DNA from: a virus
Virus record (IMG/VR): IMGVR_UViG_3300025413_001393
Coordinates: 1 to 64,000 of that record
Direction: 5' to 3' (one strand)
Length of the DNA stretch: 64,000 bases
Below, piece after piece: positions 1-9,554 of the stretch; the stretch's first letter is position 1; each line of letters starts with the position of its first letter. The position numbers and the translations under genes were made by a program. The notes beneath the pieces were generated by a model. That model did no database searches. It saw nothing but the letters and a program-made list of their open reading frames with translations, and was not told the origin of the DNA.

Positions 1-1206
1 AGGAACCGTTGGGTTAGTTTTGCCAATTCCTACATTACCTCCTGACAATACCGTTATGGCTGTATTGCCGTTATTAATAAATTTTAGAGGAGAACTGTTA
101 CCAGTCTGACCTCCAATAACAATATTAGTACCTGAAGCTTGAACAACTGCATTTGTGCCAGTTGCATTTTGTACAATTAAACGTCCAATTGAAGTACCTG
201 AGCTATCGGAATTATAAACTCTAATAGTAGCAGGAGTAGAAGGAGAATTTTGTTGTACATCAAATCCGTAAGTTGGAGAAGTTGTTCCAATACCTACATT
301 GCCATTGTTAAAATATGATACACCAGATGCTTGGATATAAACGCTCGTAGTTCCATTATTAGATAATGCAAGAGTTCCGTTATCGTTTGATGTATTTGAA
401 CCAGTTAAAGCTGCTGTGGTAGAACCAGATGCTGTTTGAACTATAAAGCCAGCATTTTGAGAATTTGTTTTAGCAGATACGTAGCCAATTGCACTTAGTC
501 CACTATTAGCAGTAATAGTGCCTAACGCATTAATATTACCAGATGCACTAATATTTCCAGATACTGTTAAATTAGCATTTGGAGTAGTTGTGTTTATACC
601 AACAAAACCACCTAATGGATTTAAAAGAAGAGCGGACGAAAGAGAAGTACTTGAAGTTGTAGCTTGTAACGAGTATCCATTATTATTGCCACCAACATAT
701 AAAATTTTATCAGCAGTATTTGTAGCTATCGCAAGATCGAAACCTCCGTTGGAAGTTAGAGAAGTTGCATAATTCGAATTGCCACTAAGATAAGTTGCAC
801 CACTGACTGTAAGAGGATAAGAAGGAGTGGTATTGCCAACACCAACATTTCCTTGAGTTGTTATAACAAACTTAGTTGAATTAGTATTAGTGTTAAATGC
901 AAATTGGTTGTTGTTAAGAGAAAGTAATGCTTGATACGGACTAGTACCAAACTTTACAGTAGGAGTAGTTAAAGAACCGTTTGGAGATCCTACATCCAAA
1001 TTAAAGTAGTAATCCCAACTAGGGCCTCCGTGTGTTAAATTTGTAGAAGAAACTGTAGCAGAATTAGCTAAAATACCTGTAACAGTGGAAAACGTTGTTT
1101 TATATTCGTGCGGTGTACCAACACCAGTATATCCAACCAGATAATCTTGAGATCCTGGTGTAGCTGTGACGAAGTTAGTAAAATTTGTTAGAGGAAGAAT
1201 GGCCAC
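1..1206 (-). CDS. Tail fibre-like protein, N-terminal part (runs off window start); missing from ORF track
   Basis: Open frame from GTG at 1206 to base 1 (MAILPLTNFTNFVTATPGSQDYLVGY...). Repeated GNVGIGTTSP / GNVGVGNTTP / GFVGINTTTP motifs typical of phage fibres. GATAAATA 5 nt upstream. Confidence 0.8.
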   Translation of the reverse strand, partial: MAILPLTNFTNFVTATPGSQDYLVGYTGVGTPHEYKTTFSTVTGILANSATVSSTNLTHGGPSWDYYFNLDVGSPNGSLTTPTVKFGTSPYQALLSLNNNQFAFNTNTNSTKFVITTQGNVGVGNTTPSYPLTVSGATYLSGNSNYATSLTSNGGFDLAIATNTADKILYVGGNNNGYSLQATTSSTSLSSALLLNPLGGFVGINTTTPNANLTVSGNISASGNINALGTITANSGLSAIGYVSAKTNSQNAGFIVQTASGSTTAALTGSNTSNDNGTLALSNNGTTSVYIQASGVSYFNNGNVGIGTTSPTYGFDVQQNSPSTPATIRVYNSDSSGTSIGRLIVQNATGTNAVVQASGTNIVIGGQTGNSSPLKFINNGNTAITVLSGGNVGIGKTNPTVP

Positions 1207-1253
1207 GAGATTATTTATCTATTAATACGTACATATTGTGTTGTTTCAAACGT

Positions 1254-4200
1254 CTAATGTCTATATTCAAGATTCTGACCCTTTGAAGATATAATATCAA
1301 TACTTTGATCTCTTACATCTACTATATCGTACACTGCTGGAGTAATTGTATTTGTCTGAGTCTGTGTTTGAGTCTGAGTATTAGTCGACGTAGGAGTTTC
1401 AGTCTGTGTTTGAGTCTGAGTCTGTGTTTGAGTTTGAGTCTGTGTTTGAGTCTTAGTCTGCGTTTGTGTATGTGTTTGAGTTTGTGTTTGAGTAGGTGTA
1501 TAAGGAGGAGTCCATGTTGAAGTATGAGTTGGTGTTGGCGTATATAAATCGTAATCTATGTATGTGGTTGATGGAGTAGGCTTATTAGCATGAACCGGAC
1601 CTTGTACGAGATAATTTGGATTGAAAAAGTTAATAATTGATTCGAGATTTGTCCACAAATAACTAACTAAACGATTAATAACAGCATTAGTAACGAGTTC
1701 GTTTTGTCCAATAATAAGATCGGATTTTTGATACGTTGGTGGAGTATAAATTCTGTTACCATATTTTCTATAAAACAGCGAAGTTCTAAACAATTCAATA
1801 TTATCCCAAAGACGATGAAAGGATTTCATATAAACCCACGGCTGAACATATTCATCATCATGAATGTAAAGCTGATCGTTAGTCCATAAAATATTATCAA
1901 TGGGAGCTCTATAATGCTGCAATTGCATAATATCAGCAATTCGCATTACTTCGTTGTTAACAGTTACATATAAGTTTCTTTTTGCATCTTGAAACACAGT
2001 ATTGAAACCACTAAGAGGTTTTCTTGTTGTTGTTATAAAATTATTATTAATAATATATTGATAGAACACCCCAGTTTTAAAATACTTTACAATACCTGTA
2101 TTAAACGTAATATATGTACACTCACGATTATATGAAGTGTTTATTTTTTGTGGTGTATTGACAGAATCTGGTAGAACATATTCAAACAAATAATTTCCGT
2201 ATTGATCAAATACATAAACAGCAATTTGTGTTAAAACGTGAACATTGTATTCACTATCTACACATAAGCTCAGAGGAGCATTTGCAGTCAGTAAAGGATG
2301 AGTTATTATTAGAGTGTTTTTGCCGTTAATAGTAAATTTTTTAACGCAATTATTACCAGTATCAGCAATCCAAATAAAGTTATCCTGATCTATGTGAATA
2401 TCATTAGGAGCATTAAAACCTTGTTTGCTACTTTGTAGACCGTATGTACCCCATGTTGTAAACAATACAATATCATTTTGTTGTACCGTAAATACTGATA
2501 CTCTTAAAATGTTAGAATCGAGAGTAACAATAAAATCGTTTGAATTTACACTAATTGCTTGTAATTTAGAGTATTCAAATATATTATCTATGCTTATTTG
2601 TTGTAATGCTGTAACGCTTGCTTGCTGTGTGCTTAAAATAATATTGTAAGTGTTATCGTTTACAATAAATTTATTTTGCTGACTCAATACAATTTTGCCA
2701 GATTGAGGACATATTACACAACCAGTAAATGCCCCGTTTGAGTTTGACTGGGGCCAATTGCCAAAGCTTACAGGATCAATAGTTTCAACAATCCACTGAT
2801 ACCCTTGCGTAGCTGCAAGTGTAGTTATGGATATAATCGGAAAATATATTGGATAAAAACCGTCTGATGTAAGTGTAACTGAAAGAGCACTTACGCCAGC
2901 TGGAACTAAAAGATTTGCACCAAAAATACCACCAGTTGTATCTATCGATAAAGACGTTAAACCAGGTGTCAATATTGGTGTTAAGATAGATTGTCCGTTG
3001 AGATTAACAAACGAAGATTGTGGTATTGGTTGTAAAATAATAGATGATAAATTAACTGAACCAAGATTATACCCCGTTATTGTAGTTGCAACAGTTTGAA
3101 AATAATCTAATCTACCAGTAACTTTATGCGTGTCTTTGTATAAGCTTGAATAGCCATCCAGCTCTGACAACGTTAGCGTGATCTTATCAATCATACTATT
3201 AACGTTATCGCTTGTAACCCATTCATTTGGAGAAATAGCAGGAGCACTACTATGCGTTAAAGTAAAAGGAGAATATTCTGAATAAAAATGATTGATTTGT
3301 ACATCATCGAGTACTGGAACGACATTAAAAATATTTGGAAGAGCGTATTTAAAATCGTAGATTGTACTATTACCTAAAACATTAAAAGCTGTCTCAGCTG
3401 TAATATCTACAATACCCAAATCCTGTGAACCGAGATATAAAGTATTAGTATCATAGTCATGGTATTTGTCAGTGCCAAACAATTGACTTCTAAGAAGCAC
3501 GCTATTGGTTTTTGTAGCAAAAGTAGTAGAAACGCTAGAATAAAGAGTTTGAGTAGATAATGTCTGAACGTTTGAAACGTTTGTAAGATTAACATTTGTG
3601 CCAGTAGGAGCGTAATATTGATCAGTGTATAAATTTGATATTGGTAATGGAATTATATTAGCAGAAGAATTGAATGTCAGCGTATAAAGTTTAGGCTGCC
3701 AGTCTAGTGGATGAGAATATGGAAGATCTATACTTTGCAATACTGTAACTGAACCATTAATATTGACGTTAGTTCCATCTTTATAACCAAGAGATGCTCT
3801 AAGAGGTTGATTTACTATATCATCTTGATCTGCATAAGAAAGTTTAAATGATATACTTGAAGAACCTATACCGTCGTCGAAGTTTGGTTGACTTGACACG
3901 GCTATTGTTAGTGGCACTTTCCAGTTTGGTGTGGTTAAAGAAGGATCAGCTGTAGCGTTTATATCCCAATAAAAACTTTCAACAATTACTTTAAAAGGAA
4001 TATTGTCACGGTTTTTATAGTTTGACGGAAAACCCAATTCAGCATTAAAAGAACGAGCGTCAAAACTACGAGTATTTTGATTGTATGTAAATGGTAAAAC
4101 AAATGAATTGCCTTGCAAAAAGTCCGATTTAATAGAAAATCCGTAATCTTCTAAATGTGGAAGATCGGGATATGTTAGTACAGACAAGCTTCTTGTAAAC

Positions 4201-4982
4201 GAACCTGTGGTGTTTGGTGTTCCGTCAACGTTTATACTCGAACTGTAAAACGGATAATAACTCTGCGTACCTGTATTATCGTCATATTTTACGTTTGTAG
4301 TAAACAGTGGAACTGTTGTTCCGTTAAAAAATTGTAATGAAACAGGGTAAACTGACGTATCATTTGCAACAGAAGAAACAGCAATATTTATCGTATCGTT
4401 TGTTGTTATGCGACTATAAGGACCAAGCTGCCAATAAGCTGAATAACCTGAAGGCACGTGAGTGCTTAATATTATATATTCTGTATGACATTCACCGTAA
4501 AAAGCTGCTCCTGGACCATATTGAGCCGCATCCGCAAGATATGAACTCACTGGCAACGAACTCGTTTGAGTGTAATCCGTAACTTTTGCGTAAAAATTGT
4601 TATTTCCGTTCTTTGTTAAAAAACTTGAAGGATATGCAACAAACGTGGCTGTTGGAAAACTGCTTGCGAAGACAGCTGACATTGTAAAAACGTTTGTTAC
4701 GAGAAACGTTTGACTGTCGTATGCTGTTACAGAAACTGTTTGAACTTTAGGAGTATTAATACCAGTAAAAACAGCTAAAGCTGTTAATACAGGACTAAAC
4801 ATCGAAATATTTTGACTACCATTTAGTGTAAAAGTAGCAAAGTAATTGTCATTGTTGATGACTGAAGTTCCATCATTAGAAGAAAGAGACAAGACAGCAG
4901 AAAACGGAGAACTTGAAGTTGATCTATAAAAAATAGACCCATTCAAAGAACGTTCATTATTAACAAGCAACTGCAAAGACAT
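1254..4982 (-). CDS. Large virion/baseplate-associated protein with NHL beta-propeller repeats and a Thr/Gln-rich C-terminal tail
   Basis: NHL-like repeats FNAPNDIHIDQDNFIWIADTGNNCVKKF and APLSLCVDSEYNVHV; Ser/Thr/Asn-rich composition; TATAAATA at 4989-4996. Confidence 0.65.
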   Translation of the reverse strand: MSLQLLVNNERSLNGSIFYRSTSSSPFSAVLSLSSNDGTSVINNDNYFATFTLNGSQNISMFSPVLTALAVFTGINTPKVQTVSVTAYDSQTFLVTNVFTMSAVFASSFPTATFVAYPSSFLTKNGNNNFYAKVTDYTQTSSLPVSSYLADAAQYGPGAAFYGECHTEYIILSTHVPSGYSAYWQLGPYSRITTNDTINIAVSSVANDTSVYPVSLQFFNGTTVPLFTTNVKYDDNTGTQSYYPFYSSSINVDGTPNTTGSFTRSLSVLTYPDLPHLEDYGFSIKSDFLQGNSFVLPFTYNQNTRSFDARSFNAELGFPSNYKNRDNIPFKVIVESFYWDINATADPSLTTPNWKVPLTIAVSSQPNFDDGIGSSSISFKLSYADQDDIVNQPLRASLGYKDGTNVNINGSVTVLQSIDLPYSHPLDWQPKLYTLTFNSSANIIPLPISNLYTDQYYAPTGTNVNLTNVSNVQTLSTQTLYSSVSTTFATKTNSVLLRSQLFGTDKYHDYDTNTLYLGSQDLGIVDITAETAFNVLGNSTIYDFKYALPNIFNVVPVLDDVQINHFYSEYSPFTLTHSSAPAISPNEWVTSDNVNSMIDKITLTLSELDGYSSLYKDTHKVTGRLDYFQTVATTITGYNLGSVNLSSIILQPIPQSSFVNLNGQSILTPILTPGLTSLSIDTTGGIFGANLLVPAGVSALSVTLTSDGFYPIYFPIISITTLAATQGYQWIVETIDPVSFGNWPQSNSNGAFTGCVICPQSGKIVLSQQNKFIVNDNTYNIILSTQQASVTALQQISIDNIFEYSKLQAISVNSNDFIVTLDSNILRVSVFTVQQNDIVLFTTWGTYGLQSSKQGFNAPNDIHIDQDNFIWIADTGNNCVKKFTINGKNTLIITHPLLTANAPLSLCVDSEYNVHVLTQIAVYVFDQYGNYLFEYVLPDSVNTPQKINTSYNRECTYITFNTGIVKYFKTGVFYQYIINNNFITTTRKPLSGFNTVFQDAKRNLYVTVNNEVMRIADIMQLQHYRAPIDNILWTNDQLYIHDDEYVQPWVYMKSFHRLWDNIELFRTSLFYRKYGNRIYTPPTYQKSDLIIGQNELVTNAVINRLVSYLWTNLESIINFFNPNYLVQGPVHANKPTPSTTYIDYDLYTPTPTHTSTWTPPYTPTQTQTQTHTQTQTKTQTQTQTQTQTQTQTQTETPTSTNTQTQTQTQTNTITPAVYDIVDVRDQSIDIISSKGQNLEYRH
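1347..1497 (-). repeat. Degenerate hexamer tandem repeat (ACNCAR) encoding a (Thr-Gln)n tract
   Basis: Plus strand reads tgtgtttgagtctgagtc... many times; translates to TQTQTQTHTQTQTKTQTQTQTQTQTQTQTETPTSTNTQTQTQTQT. Confidence 0.95.
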
Positions 4983-4988
4983 TGCAAT

Positions 4989-4996
4989 TATTTATA
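4989..4996 (-). promoter_or_regulatory. T4-like late promoter (TATAAATA)
   Basis: Exact T4 late -10 consensus 6 nt upstream of the ATG at 4982. Confidence 0.75.
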
Positions 4997-5004
4997 GGTA
5001 ACTA

Positions 5005-7554
5005 TCATGAGATCCAAATTATATTTACGAGATCGGACACTGCAGGTGCTGTTTCTTGTATTACTTGTTGCAATGCTTGCTCTATTATACTTCTTGTACC
5101 TGGATCGGTTATGTTAGTTCCTGCTAATTTTATATTATAAAAATTAGACTTGCTTCCAGGAATCTTGTTCTTAAACATACGCTCTATTATTTCAACATAA
5201 CTTGTTGACGGAATTGGAGAAGACCAAAGCATATTTTGTGCAAAAACTTTAGAGCGTAATACGGTATCAAACAAGACCGGTGTTAAAGAATAATTTAACA
5301 TTTGTACATCTGAAAAATATCCATTAAAAATACTATTGACGCTTCCTACTTCTCTATTCAAACCAAGTTTAACGCCTGCAGGAATACCAAAATAGAAAGG
5401 AATTTGATTATCAAAGTACAAATCATAACGACTTCCAGATAAACCCCAACTAAAAGTAGCTGATGTTGCACTCGCATCGAGATAAAGAGTCAATGTTTTA
5501 TTTTTATGCGTCAAAGCAATATTCTTCCAAATGCCACTATTCCAATCTCCAATAGGAATATGGGCTTTAAATATTTTAAACTGAACACCTTGAGCTAAAT
5601 TATCTCTTAAAGCAGCTTTGACAATTAATTGATTAGTATTGTTGTATATTAGTTTATTAAAAACGCGTTTAAAGTTGTAACCAGTAAAATCTCCTTTCGT
5701 ATTAAAATAATAGTTGTCCGAATTTTCGTTTAAGAATTGAGCATTCTTGAAATTAACAAACGGAAGTATGTCCACAATATTAACAGGTGTTCCGTCAATT
5801 TTGTTAATGTAAACATAATGTTCATCAGCATAGTAAATAATAGACACCCATTCAAACGTAGAAGTAGTTCTATCGTAGACATTTATAAACGACAAATGCT
5901 TTTGAGGATGACTATAATCTCCACCTACGTTGAAATAATATGAACTATCAGGTGTAATAGGGTTATAAACATAAACAACATTTGTGCCTGCTAGTACCCA
6001 TATATTTCCATAAGGATCAATTTGTACATTTGTAGCTGAAAGAGCTTTTGGTATTAAACCAGTTCCAGTCAAGTTTGGTAATTGAGTATTTGTGTTTAAA
6101 GGAATACTATTGAGACATAAACTACCTGCTGTATTAATACTCCAAGCTGAAAGTCCGTCGAATTGGACATCCAACACATTTGGAACAGTTACGGCTGTAA
6201 GACCTCCTGTTGTTACATCGTATGAAAAAGCTGTAGCTGAACTTATTGGAATGGTGTTATTAGTGCTCGTCTTTAAATTAAACAAGCTATCAAAAACGTA
6301 TTGTTTTTTAGTTGTAACTAGTGTAACGTTGTCGTTGTAATCGCATAAAAGACTAATAGGTGTTTCATTGGAGCTTAAAACGACTGTTTTGCTATTTCTA
6401 GCTAATAAATTTCCAGCATGATCCATTTTGTATAATGAACCAGATAAATTGTTAGTGCAAACTAGTAAATTATCATTTGAAGTTCTAGCAACGAGTAATG
6501 GTTCTCCTAAATTTAAAGCAGTTAATTTGGATGTTACAGTTTTATCCAAGAATCCTGAACCATCTTGATTAAAGAAGAAAATGTGACCGTAATAAGTTTC
6601 AGGAATTACAAAATAAGAATACGTCTGTAGAGTGTCAACAAAAACTCCAACTCCTCCTTGAGCTGTATAGTTTCCAAACAATTGCGTAGATGGGCAGCTA
6701 TTCCAGTCTCCACTCTGTACCCATCCAATTAACGTGAAATCATCAGAAGGAATATAATTTGGATTCCAATTTAGATATACACTTTGATCGTTATTGTGAT
6801 TATAACTTAAAACAGAACTCAACGCAATTTGAGTGTCCGTTAATAAAGGAAATACTTGCGCTGTTGAAGCTGTTGTTTCTACGTTAATAGGATAAGATTG
6901 ATTGTATCCTAATGCTTGTTCGCTCTGCCAATTATTAACGTTGAACAAATTATATTGACCAGACAAGCCAGCAAAACTCGAAACGAGAGTTTGTGCTGTG
7001 CTTTCCCCTAGATGAAAATAACGATACAATACACTTGGCTCTAAAACAAGCTTAGACGGAACATCAAAAATGTTAAAATCAGCAGATGGATCGAGTGGTA
7101 TATTACTAAAGTTTGGAAGAGCATTTAAAATATAATTTTCGTTATTATAATACTGAGTAGTCGTTATGTTTAGATTGTGTCTGTTAGAGTAAAAATATCT
7201 ATCATACCATTCGTATTTTTGTGTGACTGGATTGCTATATAGCCAACTGCAAAACCAAGTACCATCTGGAATTTCTGCAGGTGTTCCGTTGTTAGTCGAA
7301 TTGCCGTAATTTTTTCTGCTTTGAAATATACGATCAGAAGCAGCAGGAAACGGTCCGCCAGTAGCTCCATCCACAACTAACGAAGAAGCCGAAAGAGCAA
7401 GAGGAACAGTGTATGATGGTATATGAAAATAGGTTTCAGTATCCTTTAATAAAGATATTTCCGTGCTATTACCTTGATAACCAAGAAATATTTTTTCAGA
7501 ACCTTCTTCTCTATTTTTGTTTACGTATAATTTATTGTAAATTCTGCTGCTCAT
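5005..7554 (-). CDS. Virion structural protein with LamG/concanavalin A-like domain and propeller-like insert
   Basis: LamG-type segments DFTLIGWVQ, WKNIALTHKNKTLTLYLD and FNGYFSDVQMLNYSL; lies in the baseplate/fibre block. Confidence 0.6.
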   Translation of the reverse strand: MSSRIYNKLYVNKNREEGSEKIFLGYQGNSTEISLLKDTETYFHIPSYTVPLALSASSLVVDGATGGPFPAASDRIFQSRKNYGNSTNNGTPAEIPDGTWFCSWLYSNPVTQKYEWYDRYFYSNRHNLNITTTQYYNNENYILNALPNFSNIPLDPSADFNIFDVPSKLVLEPSVLYRYFHLGESTAQTLVSSFAGLSGQYNLFNVNNWQSEQALGYNQSYPINVETTASTAQVFPLLTDTQIALSSVLSYNHNNDQSVYLNWNPNYIPSDDFTLIGWVQSGDWNSCPSTQLFGNYTAQGGVGVFVDTLQTYSYFVIPETYYGHIFFFNQDGSGFLDKTVTSKLTALNLGEPLLVARTSNDNLLVCTNNLSGSLYKMDHAGNLLARNSKTVVLSSNETPISLLCDYNDNVTLVTTKKQYVFDSLFNLKTSTNNTIPISSATAFSYDVTTGGLTAVTVPNVLDVQFDGLSAWSINTAGSLCLNSIPLNTNTQLPNLTGTGLIPKALSATNVQIDPYGNIWVLAGTNVVYVYNPITPDSSYYFNVGGDYSHPQKHLSFINVYDRTTSTFEWVSIIYYADEHYVYINKIDGTPVNIVDILPFVNFKNAQFLNENSDNYYFNTKGDFTGYNFKRVFNKLIYNNTNQLIVKAALRDNLAQGVQFKIFKAHIPIGDWNSGIWKNIALTHKNKTLTLYLDASATSATFSWGLSGSRYDLYFDNQIPFYFGIPAGVKLGLNREVGSVNSIFNGYFSDVQMLNYSLTPVLFDTVLRSKVFAQNMLWSSPIPSTSYVEIIERMFKNKIPGSKSNFYNIKLAGTNITDPGTRSIIEQALQQVIQETAPAVSDLVNIIWIS

Positions 7555-8456
7555 GTTTGTACTGGAATAAAGGTTCCCGTTGATGTAAAGTTAGTGCGCA
7601 AGTGAGCTATATTTATTGGAGTCTGATCTTCAGAAACTATGTTTTCTGTTGCACAAGATATTAATAAATTTGTATCTAGTTTATAGCTTTCTTTAATTTC
7701 TAAATTATATCTGTTTGTAAGAGACTCCAAACCATTATAGTATTTTACTTCATATGAATTTGGTACAAACCCTAACACCAATGAGGACTGAGTAATAAAA
7801 GAAGGAGTAAACAAATAATTGTGTACAATGTAATCGTTAAACATCAGTCCGTTTGCTCTTACATATCCATCTTTTCCGTATGAAAGATATCTATAACCAT
7901 CTACGGTTAGAGTTTTAAAAGCAATGTGTTTGTTAGTATAATCTATTTCAAATAACTGTCTGTGCTCTTCTTCGGGATTTAACACTAAAGAAGAAATGTA
8001 TACAGGATATGGATAGTTCGGCCCTACTTCAATATTAGCATCAAGTTCTCCAACGTATAATTGTACTAAATTGGTTGAAGGAACAGGAACTATTGATACA
8101 ACTAATTCATCTCCGTTTGCAAAATTTGAAGCAACAAACACTTTTTTGTTGTTATCATATTGAACTCTTAAACCAGATATTGAAAGAGTAAGTGTGCCAG
8201 CTAAATGACCTAGAGTAAACAAATGATTTGAGTTAGAAAATACACTAGTAAGAGCACTAACGTCTGTTAAAAATAAAGCATTATGTTTACTCAAAGCTAC
8301 ATCTTTTAAATTTTCAAATGCTTTGTATTTGATGTATGAAAGCTCGTTGTTAAACCCTACAAGCTCTTGTGTTAAAGGTTCGTTATTACGAAACGTATAG
8401 CTGAGTTGAGCCGGCTGAAGCCCTGAAAGAGAATTTACAGTCAACGAAAAGCTCAT
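7551..8456 (-). CDS. Hypothetical structural protein
   Basis: 301-aa ORF, AATAAATA at 8463-8470, 4-nt overlap with the next gene. Confidence 0.5.
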   Translation of the reverse strand: MSFSLTVNSLSGLQPAQLSYTFRNNEPLTQELVGFNNELSYIKYKAFENLKDVALSKHNALFLTDVSALTSVFSNSNHLFTLGHLAGTLTLSISGLRVQYDNNKKVFVASNFANGDELVVSIVPVPSTNLVQLYVGELDANIEVGPNYPYPVYISSLVLNPEEEHRQLFEIDYTNKHIAFKTLTVDGYRYLSYGKDGYVRANGLMFNDYIVHNYLFTPSFITQSSLVLGFVPNSYEVKYYNGLESLTNRYNLEIKESYKLDTNLLISCATENIVSEDQTPINIAHLRTNFTSTGTFIPVQT

Positions 8457-8465
8457 ATAAAGTAT

Positions 8466-9521
8466 TTATTGAGTTTTCCAAACACTTATATCCGTTCCTA
8501 CTTGTCCTATTATTACCTTGCCGTCTGTTCTTAATTCGGATTGCAATAAAGTAATATTATCTTTAAGAAGAGGAGAAGAAATAGGTCCTACAGTATATGC
8601 TGCTGTGTCTGTAGAACTAGTAGAGCTTGTTACAACTGTAATACTAGGATAAAGCGTATCAAATATTTGCTTTGTTGCTGTATATGTATGTATTACATCA
8701 TAATTTCTTGGATCATTAACATCTCCAGGTCTAGCTCCGTTATATACAAAATACGGAAATTCGGCAGCACTTGTAGCACTAAGAGTTGTATTGTTGTCCC
8801 AGCGTCTTTTTACAAACTGTGGACTTCCATCACCCAAATCCCAAATAACTTTATCGATTGGAAAACTTCCTGTCTGAGAATATTTTGGCGTCAAACGTAT
8901 TGTTAAAGGAAAAGTATATTCGAGTGGATCTTTGGTACTCAAGTCAGGAGAATACAAATAAGCTGTTGGAGGTATTTCGACAACTGTAAGCACGAAAGAA
9001 GCAGATACGCTGTTAATATTCACGGTTGAGTTGTCTAATACTGTTCCGTCATCGCACGTGACACCTGACAAATAACTAGCAATTCTCATGTCGGGATTTG
9101 TTTGAAACGTAAACGTATTGTTACTAAGAGGTGTTGCGTTATTATCAAAATTTGCTTCGTACTCTGCTTCCACTAAATATACAGTATATGTACCAGGCAT
9201 AACATACGTATGAAAAGCACTTAACCCATCAATACCTGTTAAAATAATAGTATTGGTATCTTCGTTGTAATAATCTCCAAAGTCTATCTTTCTAACCAAA
9301 TAATGAGATATATTAGGATCATCAGCACTCAGTTTTGTAACTTGCGAAGTCAGTGCAACAAACATTGTTGGAGCATAACCAACGTAAATAGGTATAGTAT
9401 CATTAGTAATCGTAACACTTAAAGTCGGAACTATAGTGTTAGAAAAATCGTAAACTTCGTTATCCCAACTAAAATTGGAATAAACGGAACTTACAGAAAC
9501 GATGTTTAGTGTGGAATTCAT
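8466..9521 (-). CDS. PKD-domain virion protein
   Basis: Two PKD-like signatures, KIDFGD...HTYVMPGTYTVYL and VIWDLGDGS...HTY; TATAAGTA upstream. Confidence 0.65.
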   Translation of the reverse strand: MNSTLNIVSVSSVYSNFSWDNEVYDFSNTIVPTLSVTITNDTIPIYVGYAPTMFVALTSQVTKLSADDPNISHYLVRKIDFGDYYNEDTNTIILTGIDGLSAFHTYVMPGTYTVYLVEAEYEANFDNNATPLSNNTFTFQTNPDMRIASYLSGVTCDDGTVLDNSTVNINSVSASFVLTVVEIPPTAYLYSPDLSTKDPLEYTFPLTIRLTPKYSQTGSFPIDKVIWDLGDGSPQFVKRRWDNNTTLSATSAAEFPYFVYNGARPGDVNDPRNYDVIHTYTATKQIFDTLYPSITVVTSSTSSTDTAAYTVGPISSPLLKDNITLLQSELRTDGKVIIGQVGTDISVWKTQ

Positions 9522-9554
9522 TAAGCGATGTAAGTATACTTATAGTCGTAACAG

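Noticed and set aside
518-772. 84-aa plus-strand ORF
   Set aside because: Lies antisense within the uninterrupted minus-strand fibre gene 1-1206.
1347-1497. Repeat tract as CRISPR array or DGR element
   Set aside because: 6-nt in-frame coding units with no spacers. No cas or reverse transcriptase gene, and no template/variable repeat pair seen.
1305-1520. Plus-strand ORF with CLSLS repeats
   Set aside because: Antisense shadow of the TQ hexamer repeat.
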